In this document: positions 11,101 to 21,200 of the stretch, piece after piece | How positions within the stretch are numbered: the first letter of the stretch is position 1 | Layout: each line of letters starts with the position of its first letter | NCBI GenBank assembly: GCA_000708835.1 | Contig: DF237672.1 | Coordinates: 8,467-41,733 of the forward strand | Source of the DNA: Klebsormidium nitens | Lineage: Eukaryota; Plantae; Klebsormidiophyceae | Direction of reading: 5' to 3' | Length of the DNA: 33,267 nt | The notes under the pieces: model-generated | Told to the model about the DNA's origin: nothing | Seen by the model: only the letters and a program-made list of their open reading frames with translations | The model's database searches: none | Made by a program: the position numbers and the translations under genes

Positions 11101-14100
11101 TGTGGATGCTGGGGCTTGTGGAGACGTAGGTCGTGAGCCCGATCGATTTGCCCACGTTCGCAAGCGTCGCAATCGGCAGAAAGTACTGCGGGAAGAGCGG
11201 GGTGACCATCTCGAGCCCCACGCTGAGCGTGAAGATGGCCGCGGTCAGGTAGCGCATCCGCTGCAGGGGGGGTGAAGACAATTCACATTCAATTACTTTG
11301 AAAGACGCAGAAATGCTGATCTTCCGGGAGGGCACGAATGGACGAGCGGGGTGGCCGGCTCGAGCACGATGCTGACCGTAGCTGGCGGCCGTTAGGTAGG
11401 GCATCCGCTGTTGGAAGGAAGAGAAAAGAACGTCGATCTTGATTCGACGTAAACGAAACCGACTGAAAGCAAACGACCATAAGAGTGAGCTTTCGAGGGC
11501 GTTCGCAAAAGAGACCGGAAAAGGGTGACCATCTTGAGCCTCACGCTGAACAGGAAGATGGCCGCGGTCGAGTGGCGCATTCGCTGCCGGGAAGTAGAGA
11601 AGACACAACTCGTGACCGTTAGTTTGAGAGATGCAGGAGTACAAAAGCTCTCGAAAGTGGGCCTTTGGCGTGACGAAGATAAGGGCGGGGTGACCACTCA
11701 AGCCCGATGCTGAACTTGGAGATGGCCGCGATCCGCTGCGGGGGAGTAAAGATGGAACCTCTTAGAGCTAACCGAATGAGGGAGTAACTTGCACGGATGT
11801 AAAGTACACGAAACGAAAGTAAACACCATCTTTCGATGCAACACTGGCTCCGCATTGAGGAAGCACATCTGTTGCGGGTTGGACGTAGACAAAGGCGACT
11901 GTTTTGAGGGTCAAAGACAAACTCTGACAAATGCTACTTGTAATCACAAGCTATTTGAGCCGTTTCTCACTCACAATCACGAACAAATAGAGCTCAGGTA
12001 AGAGCGGTCTACAGATAGAATATGCAAAAGCGGGCCACTGAAAGAGCTACGTCCTAATCTGGAATGCAGATTAAGCGTTGACTGTCTTATGCTGCGTTGA
12101 CCACCTTGTGAGGGTGTTGGCCTGTCGTGCAAACCTAGTAAAGTCCAAACGAGCCTGATAGCCCTACCTTAATGTCAATCCGGAAGGTGCGCTCACCACT
12201 TGCCGCTTGGACTAGCTTTCTGGAGCCGATAGAAAACTATCGTTCAGCATTGAAACCAATAAACAACGAAACAGAAAGAGGAAGATGGAAAATGGACAGA
12301 CTGTCGTCAGTAAGCATCGATGTTCGCAAGCCTTACCTTGAGATCCGAATCGAACGTGCGCCCATAACCAGCCGCATACCCCAGCTTTCCGAGCCGCCCC
12401 AATCCGTCCTTGAGCACCCAGTTTAGGGCCGCAACCCCCGGGATCGAGCGCCGTCCGCCGACTCCCACCGCACGCAGGAGAGACTGCGTCCCATTGGCAT
12501 GCGCAACGGAGCTGACCATTCGCTGCGTGCATTTCCAGCGCGCGTAGGGCCAATAGTCCGCCGTCACGTCCTGCAGAAGAGATGGGGATGATTACAAGAG
12601 GCGACCTTCCCTGTGTGAGTTGGGCTAGGGAAGGGGGCGTTCAATAAGACTAGGGACGTGAGCAAATGAGGACGCATGATCCGTTACAGGAAGAAGAAAG
12701 GTCAATTCGAGGACATGGATGACGGCCAGCTCTATCAGTCCTGACAGGCAGGAGACGTGCCCATTTGTGCGCAGATTGTCATTTAATGCAACTCATTGGA
12801 AAACAGACATGTACGTCAATTCTGTAATAATCTGATACTAATACTAGTCCTAAGCAGCCAGACTAGGTGGCGGATTCACTTGGATTGAGCAGCCAAAATT
12901 GGAGTCCTTGGGACGAACTCAACAAAGCCAAAACCTCGTTCACTGGCATCCGTAAAAATCATGATCACTTCGAAGCTTACCTCCGGGATGAAAGCCCGCT
13001 TCAGGAAGCTCTCAAGCCCCTTCCAGGCCTGCTTCAGGGGGTCTCCAGCTCGGCCGTTGATCTCGTCCTCGTCTGGCGGATCAACGGCCACAATCTGCCG
13101 GCCATCCCAGGCATACTGCTTTCTTCTACTGCCGTCGTTTTCCCAGACCGGAAGCAGCTCCAACCGCTGAAAGCCCCTCTGCAGAGAAGTGGGGCCGTTG
13201 ACGCCGGCACTCGAGGTCCTGAAGTCTCCCCAGTCACCACCACTACTGCTGATGTCACTACTGCTAGTTTGCCTCGCTATTCCATCGCTGGATCTGCCAG
13301 ACAAGTCGTCTCTCCTATCGACAGGCCTAGGACTCTCCGCTTCCGAGCTACTTAACCCCTCTGTAACAAATTGGCTCAGAGGCTGATCATCTGATCGCCG
13401 TTCTGATCTTCTCCAGGCCTGATCTAATCTCGCCGCTACGGCTTTGCAGCGCCGAACTAGAGACGCTCCCCTTCTCAGATCCAGGCTCTCTTCCGACCCC
13501 TTCGCTTCCTGTATGGACATCGACGCTAGCTGTGCCTTTGATCGCCGTTCGCTTGAGCTCTCTTCACTCAGCAGCTGATCTTCCCTTTTTCGATGTGGAA
13601 CACCGGTTTTAACCGCTAACCTGCCCGTCAAGAACCCTAATTTCGATTCACCATTACCAAACCCCGTGCAATTTGAACAACCAATCACACCCCCCCAATT
13701 GTGTGCACCACCCTTTCCTTTGTGCAGATCGCTGGCGAGCTCGCTAGATCTGCCCCCCGCACTTCCTCTGCCTCGGAAAGCCCCCCAAGACAGCTGTTCC
13801 ACCAAGGGGGGGGCAGCGAGCCTATCGGCGGTCTGACTAAACTGCCGCCCCAGCATATCAGCGTCCCCTTCCTCAAAGGGAGTCGCCATCGACAGGCTCG
13901 CAAAGCGCCCCTGCCAACTGGGCGGGGAATCAAAACCCTGCGCGCTTGATGAGATAGCTTTCATTCTGCCGCTCAGTTCATCTGTTGAAAGCACGCTCCG
14001 CTGTCCATCTGCATGCATAGCGCTGACAAAAGCACGGGAATTATCATCCTCAGCGGCATCAGCATCTACAGAAGGCCGATCCAGGCACAGGAGGACGTGC

Positions 14101-14138
14101 TGAAACAGGGCAAGCTTCTCAGCATCTTGTGCCTCCAT
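8156..14138 (-). CDS. RUS4: ROOT UV-B SENSITIVE family (DUF647) protein, RUS4-like, with a long low-complexity N-terminal extension
   Basis: Exons 14138-12981, 12570-12337, 11260-11051, 9808-9626, 9302-9045, 8578-8156, all phase 0 and GT-AG. Family motifs: FIPEDVTADYWPYARW, TQSLLRAVGVG, AALNWVLKDGLGRLGK, FDSDLKRMRY, LEMVTPLFPQYFL, HKSFALGENLADISAKGQAQTVVADNIGL, ELKSVHLRTLNKER. The start codon is uncertain (an acceptor near 14170 suggests further upstream exons). The RUS4 subfamily call is from recalled similarity. Confidence 0.85.
10398..11050 (-). repeat. Degenerate tandem array of the RUS exon 3' half plus 5' splice site plus intron start (five extra copies)
   Basis: Copies of STSPSIHKSFALGENLADISAKGQ|gtgaga end at 10913, 10766, 10616, 10483 and 10398, after the real donor at 11051. 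Spacings are 138, 147, 150, 133 and 85 nt, with (GAACG)n-like spacers on the plus strand. Confidence 0.9.
11261..11760 (-). repeat. Degenerate tandem array of the 3' splice site plus RUS exon 5' half (three extra copies)
   Basis: Pyrimidine tract-cag|CG(G/A)AT.. copies start at 11735, 11583 and 11407, upstream of the real exon start at 11260. They translate RIAAISKFSIGLE, RMRHSTAAIFLFSVRLKMVT and RMPYLTAAS, versus RMRYLTAAIFTLSVGLEMVT in the real exon. Confidence 0.88.
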
Positions 14139-15234
14139 TTTGTCGTGCAGTTCCTCGGACTTCCTCCCCTGAATCAGACAAGTGACCACGCAGCGCAATT
14201 GAGCACTGCGTTCAGCAGCTCTGACCTTTCTGCTTGACCCTGAGTCAGCCTCCAGCTCTGGCTCTGACTTTCAAGCTGAAAACCCTAAACTGGTTTGTGT
14301 GGCGGGTTATCGTCCTCGGGGGGAGATTTCAAAGCCGGGGACCTTATTCCGGGCTCAAATTGTTGGTTTTTCTGTGCAAGCTGTAGTCGGAGGCACGAAC
14401 CAGGCATCATAGGCAGGACTTTTACATACATAGGTGCGGTTACCTGCATGGTTTGCGGTGGAGCAGCACCATCTCGATCCTCTGGCACACATTTTGCAGA
14501 GTGAATGAACACGAGAAGACCCTGGACACACATCCGGCACAGACTCAGAGGCAGGATATGCCCTGTCTGCCACTGTCAGCTCCATGCCACATTTGGTTTA
14601 CCACATCTCAACTGCAGGAGAAGTGGTAGCATGAAGAGATGCTCACGATGTAACTTGTAAGGGCGTGTACTATCAGGATTGATGCAGATGGCGCACAAAC
14701 CAGGTGCTCAGGTAAGTCATCAAGGAAGGTCTCAGTTGCTTGCGAAGTTGCCATCTTTGAAGCCTACATGTTACAGAATGTTACTTTCCATTTTTACCCC
14801 CAATCCCAAACTGCATTGCCACAATGCTTGGGGGCTTTCAAGGTGAAGACTGTTGTGGGTTGGGTCTTCTCATTTCACCCGGTCTAGCTGTCTCTCTTTC
14901 CGTCTGCTTATTCAGTGCTGAGAGCATGTTGCAGCCTCTGAAAAGATTCTTGCTTGTTTGGTGCTGCCAACTATGTTGGGACTTCAAGGACTTCAGGGAC
15001 TAAGTACTGAATGGGTAAAATATTGTGACTGAAGGTAAACGACTTCTCAGCAACTTGTGGAGAGCAATGCTGCTCAAAAGCATCTCTGATTCTTGTGTTG
15101 AGGTCACGTTTCAATTTCTCCAATCCGTTTATACCTCAAGGTTCTGCGAACGGGGTGATTGGCCTTCCTCCTTGCTGATGGACCTCGTTGCAATCTTTCC
15201 TAATCTCTCCAAACCCTTCGATTCTATGTTGCAG

Positions 15235-18200
15235 GTCAAGAGGCGCTTTGAAGTTCACCTCCCAGTGTCTCAGAAGAGGCACCGGCCGAACGAGGCAGAG
15301 GAGCCCCAGCAAAACCCCCTTCAAGCCTGGCTGACCAAGAGAAAGACCGCGCCCGGTTTGGAAGCCATCCTTTCTGAGGCACGGAAGGAGAACCCGGTAG
15401 TTGTAGGTAAGAATAGGGTCAATGAGGAACTAGACGCGGGGCCAAGCTCCCGCACTCTTCAGCGGCCGCCTCCAGTGAGTGTTGCAGCCCAATCCAGCAG
15501 GACTCTTCCAATCACAGCTAGCCTGCGTCAAACTTCTGAGTTCAGTGCGAAGAACGGCAGGGGCAATGGAGAGGGGGGGGGATTGACCCAGGAGGCGGGG
15601 AAGGGTTTGCAAAGACAAACCGTGGAAGGACAGACGAATGGAGGCATGAGGGGTAGCCACGTACAAAACGACGGAGCTCTGAGAAAGTCGGAGGGCGATG
15701 ACACGCAGGCGGGCACGGCAAAGAAGAAGAAAAGGCGTAAACGGGCATCGGTGGTTTGCAAAGCGGTTACCACGCTGGTTAGCGGCCAGCCGAAGGCTTC
15801 CGTTAGTAAGCTGAAGACGGGTTCTCCCGTTGGGGGCAAAAAAAAGCCCCCACTTCTGGGGGGATGCAAGGGGGGGACTGTTGGTAAAAATGGGGGCCAA
15901 ATGGGGGAGCCTGCGGTAAAACCCATAGTCAACCCCAAACCTCCTCAGGTTGGGAAGTCCACAAAACCCGTAGCCCCAAGAGATACGAACCGCCTGTCCA
16001 GAGATCGGGCCAACGGCGGGACTGGTTCCAGCTACGCGATTGGAGGGCCCGCTGACGTCAGCACGAGGTCGGCCCCGGAAGCCGCCGAGCGGCCGCTTCC
16101 TTACGAAACACGGGGACCAAGGGAGGGGAAAGCACCTCAGCCATTGGTAAACCATAGCGTTAACCAAGGGTTAGGAAACGGGTTAACCGGAGGTGGAAAC
16201 GCACAACCCGGTGTGGCTGCGCCTCAGAAGGCCCCGTCAAAGAGCGGTTGGGACGTACCAGGCCCACTCCCAGGCATGGGGTTCGTGCCAAACCCCCCAC
16301 AAGGGCCCTGGAATTCCGAAATGCCAGGGGCTTTTCACACTGGGTTTCAACCTGGGTTTCCACCAGATGTTCCCAGGGAGAATGCGTTCACGGACGGCCC
16401 TGGGCCAGTGGGAGAGTACGGTGTGAACTGGCCCGGGCAAGCGGGACATCGGTCGATGCAAGCGCGGGAGTGCCAGCAATTGTGGGAGACGCTGCAACGG
16501 TCGATGCAAACATGGCACAGGTATGGATGTTTTCAACATCGTTTTCGAAAGCTCCTGATTCAGCGACATGGTCGGACTCTGCAGGTTAAGGTCATTGCCA
16601 TGTTGATGGCCCACTAGTCGGATCTTGTATGCGGAATTCAGTAATGGATGCCAAACGAGATGCGGAAGCTCAGAAGCCGATTTTTTACGAAAGCTGGTTG
16701 TTTCTAGCGGTTTACGAGTCTGCAAGTCCTGGTAGGTAGAGAGCTGAGCACTTTTCGGCCCGAGGATGAATGTGTCCGTTGCTACCAGTTTTTGCTTCTA
16801 TCATCCGTCGAAAGCGACGTCGTCCCCCTGAAATTTGATGATTGTAATCAAAAGCTGAGGGCTTACTGTTGGATCAGAGCTTCCACTCTTGTCAGCCTAC
16901 TGAGTTGTTGATTGTGACGCGCGCAATGTCAAGATGCACACGACTTGTCGTCTCTGCGATTAGGACCGCTTAAGCTTCTGAGCGTCTTAATTTGCTTCTG
17001 TGGTTCTCAACACAATCGGGGAGAACGGAAGCAGGATTTCATCACGTTCTTCTTGTATGCTGCGCTCTGAATCCCGAAACACTTCCATTTAAGCTTGACC
17101 TTCTATTTCAGCCTGTTACTAGCGATTCATTCCATCGGTATGCAGGCACCATGATATTTTTGCGTCCATCTCCTCGTAACTTGTACTCGTTTCTTCCACC
17201 ACTATAGCATGTCTTCTTTGCGCGTTGCCAGCGTGTTGCTCAAAGGACCACGCAGCACGCGACGTCTTTCAATGAGAGACGCGCTGATCTCTTTCTTTGC
17301 CTTCATCCTCCATCACCAGCTTGTACTTAGTAGAGACGCCTCGTAGCAAAATTTCGATCTGCACTTATTTCTGTCTCTTCCTCCAGCCTGTTGCATCGAC
17401 GGGACATGTTTTGCGATCTGGACAAAGTTCACCTTCTCTGTCCGTTGTTTACCAGCTTGCTTGAAAAGGGTGACATCTCCGCGCATTAGAATCTGTTTCT
17501 CCTAATACCGTTTCCAGCATGTCGCTACACGAGACCGGAACGCGTTCGGGGAATAGAGAGACCTCATTTTCACCAGCTTGACCCCAAAACAGACTCCTTC
17601 TGTTTCATCAGATTACACCTTACCCGACTCTTCAGAAGGGCGTAGGCCATGCATGGACACCCCAAGGCCATCTACGGTGGTGGGGGCCCGGATTGGCCGA
17701 AGTTGCAATCTGGTCCGTACATAAAAGTCTCGGATGCACGGAGTGTGCATTTTCGGAGGTTTGAAATCGGACGCCCACTTTAAGACTCGATACCATTTCT
17801 CTCCTGCATCTCGCCACAACGGTTGCTGCAACGGGACCTCATCTTCACCAGCTTGGACCCCAGAACAGACTCCTTCTGCTTTTAGCAGATTACACTCTTT
17901 CCAACTCATAAGACTCGATACCATTTCTCTTCTGCACAGCGTGTTGCTCCAACGGGATACCGACGCTGCCCAGCGAAGCGCCCACCTGCGACAGCAGACC
18001 GCGGCGTCGAAGCTGGCCCAGGAGACCGCTGCGGAGCAACTAGCGGTGGCGAGAAAACTCAAGCATGCGGCCGAGGAGATCTGCGAGGCGGCCGTGGAGG
18101 AGCGGCGCAGTGCCGCAGCGGCGGTGAGGGTACGAGTGAAGCTGTCAGTGGGGAATGTTTGGAGGACGATTGATCCGGATGATGCAATGACTGTACGACG

Positions 18201-21200
18201 TTCTCTGAGCATCCGTTTTGTATGATAGGAATAGGGCGAAAAAAGCCGAGCGAGGGAGTTTTTTCAACCTTTGGCAGCACTTCTGAACGCATCGTTCAAC
18301 ATTGAGAGCTTCGGGCTAGCAAGATGACATAAGCCCTTCTGGCCAGCAAAACGATACCGTGAAACGGCTTGACACTTTTGCACCTTTCCTCTAATCTCGA
18401 CGACCTCCTCTTCTCGATTTCATGTTGACTAAGAGCATGTTGACTAAGGATAGTGATCGGGGGAACGAACAAAACTAACAACCTAAAACCGACAAATGAC
18501 ACGCTCCGCACCCGTACCCACCCTAACCCCCAAACCAACCCTACCCGTACCCCGGGCATTCTCCATAGTCAACATGGCCCTTAGTCAACATGAAATCGAG
18601 ACCGTATTTAAAGCTGGAAGTTGAGTGATTATCTTTTTGCAGCTACGGGAGGCCCGAGACGAACGGGCGGCCATTGAACGAGCCAAACAGGAGCTCGAAA
18701 CGAGGAGAGAGGAGCTCGCAACTGAGGTGAAGAATCTTCAACGCATTTTGTAAAAAATAGATCTTCCGACTTCGCAACGAGCTGTCATCTACCCGCATTT
18801 GAACATCGCAAGACCGAGGGTGGATGTGCCGCTCCTGCGGGCGATTCCCAGCCGCTGATCAGATTTTCGACTGTGCTTGACGGAAGGTTTGTCGGAAGGT
18901 AAAGCAATAATGCGCTTGACGTAGTTCGGGCGGTACTTTGGAGTTGAGATGGAATGCAGCCTCCGTTGCACGCATCGTGCAGAGCGCGTTCGAGGCAGAT
19001 TATGCGGAGTAGACTTACATTGACGAAGCTTTCTTCAGAACTTTACCGAATGGATAGCTAGAAAGGTACATTACTTGTGATGCTGTTCGTTAGCTTGGGG
19101 AAGGCACCCAGCCAACAAGGCGTTTGGATACCTCAAAATGCAGAAGTTACCCTTTTGGAAAGCTGGCTAAGCTGCCGTGGTCCTTTGTGACGTCAGGCGA
19201 TGGAGCTGGACCAGAAGCGACGGCTGTGCGAGGAAGCGCTGGTGAGTGCGCTCTGCTGACGTCATGCTCGCTGTATTGGGACCTTGTGCGATGCCCTTGG
19301 TCCTGATAGAAATGTGGGAAGTGAGAGTTTTTGATAAAACTCTCTTGTAAAGCAGAATTCTTTGCCCGTCTGCGGGTTGCTTGAAGTCTTTGGTAGCGCA
19401 CGGTCCCAGAGCCATCTGTCGTCCCATGTTACCTAGAAGCCTCTCTGGTTGTGATTATCACTGAGTGGTAGGTTTGCCGACCGCTTCAGGCTCGTATTCG
19501 TGTTTTGAAGTAGGCTTAGACGAAACCTTGTTTCACTGTCTGAGCTTAGAGCAAGTGCCCGATTCGGGTCAGTGCGGGGGTCTGATTGGCCCGCTGTACA
19601 TCAAATACAAAAGGCTTACCAAGTCATGAAAATGCCGAAACTGCCAAGCGGATTCAGGCTTGCCTCTCTTTACCGCAATGGTTAGTGCCACTTTTCTCGC
19701 AGAATTTGCCCTTCTGCACGTTTGCACTGAAGTGGTCAGGCTTTCGCTTAGTGAGGGCCTTTCACAAACCAGTCCTACAAGTGGAGCCGATTCTTTTGCA
19801 GGCACGACTCGCCGAAACGGAGAAAGCGACGGCGAGGGAACGGCATGCTGCCGCAACCACCGCTCCGACTTCCTCACTCAGACCGTCCCCCTTTCCCGTG
19901 GAACACCCCACCCATCCAGCCGCCTCACCAGCGGAAGCCTCCCCTCTCTTCGAGGCTCAGTCCCTGGCTGACGTCACCGGCCGCCCCGCTGACGTCAGCA
20001 GTCGCGGCGCTGACGTCAGCGGAGCAGCTGAGGCTGACTATTCCCGAGGTCGAAGGCCGTTTTTGGGCGTAGTCAGTAATCTGATGCAAGAACGGGAGGA
20101 GAGCGGCAGCCCCTCGCCGTTGGGTCTGTACCGGGGATTCACTGGCTTGTCAGCGGTTAAGATAGAAGACGAGGACATTTTGCAGGAAAGGGGGGGTGCT
20201 GAAGCCGGCACTCAATGGGGTGGTGATGACGAGAGGGCGTTGCGCGGAACTGTAGATGACGGGTCGGCAGCAAGGAGCGTTGGCGAAGTGGTTCGGGGGG
20301 TGGGCTTGGGTGCTAAGTCGGAGCCCCCCAAACCGGAAGGCGATGGTCTTGCGGATATGTCGATGTCGGACGAGGACATGCCGCTGAGCTTCAGAAGCGC
20401 TCTTCGGAAAGACGGGATCGTGGTCCAGCGAGGAACCGGTTCTGCACTGGGTCTGGATCGGGGCACGGATACCAAGGAGGGGTTCCGCCAGACTGGCCAA
20501 TTCTGGGGCCATTCAGGTGAGCAACGGGAAGGGGAGTGGATTAACGGGGAGAGGGAAAGGGGGGGGCGCGAGCGGCAGCAAGAAGCGGCGCAAATCGTGA
20601 GCGACGTCAAGGCGGAGCTCGCAGCTGGGCGTCGGTCAGAACCAGAATCGGTACTCAGGGGAGTGGGAGTACTTAGTAACCGCGAGCCCAATTCTAATCA
20701 CAATACCGGCAACCCGGATTTCCCGGGACTCGGCCCGCTTGGCCGATACCCCAATCCCCGACCGTCGATCTCACATCCAACGGCAAAGGACCTATCAAAC
20801 TCCGCTCGGGAGTCTGCTCAAACTGGAAAGCAACTAGAGGCGGGCAAGAAAAAGAAGCGGACGGCGGTGGAAGTCCTGCGGAAGGACGCGCCTGAGCTGC
20901 TGGAATCGCTGAGCAAAGCGGGCATGCTGGACGACATGAAGTTGTACGGGGACGATTTTGACGGAGACGAGGAGGCGGCAGGAAGCGCGAGCTTTCGCGC
21001 GCTACAGGCCGTGCTTAACAAGGTGAGTTTTGAGCTGGATCGATCAACATTTTGAGAGGCGGAGTTTGAGGTCTCGATTCTTGAGAAGAGGTCTGGGTTC
21101 GTTGAGACACGACGAGATTTTGGGCACTACATGCCGTGCTTAACAAGGTGAGAGTCGAGCGGTTTCCTGGACTCTCGTAAGAAGTAGAAGCTTGAGGTCT

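Noticed and set aside
10265-11275. 336-aa plus-strand ORF with internal repeats
   Set aside because: It is the antisense shadow of the RUS exon and its repeat array, not an independent gene.
10763-11701. 312-aa ORF as a Dscam-like cluster of mutually exclusive exons
   Set aside because: The copies are half-exons carrying only a donor or only an acceptor, several are frameshifted, and only one complete exon exists.
14295-14504. Cys-containing ORF resembling a zinc finger (CASC...CMVC)
   Set aside because: No supporting splice structure or family motif; likely a chance ORF in the intergenic region.
17632-17817. NPGP in the minus-strand ORF (IATSANPGPHH)
   Set aside because: It lacks the (V/I)Ex residues and the hydrophobic helix of a 2A, and it lies antisense in an intron.
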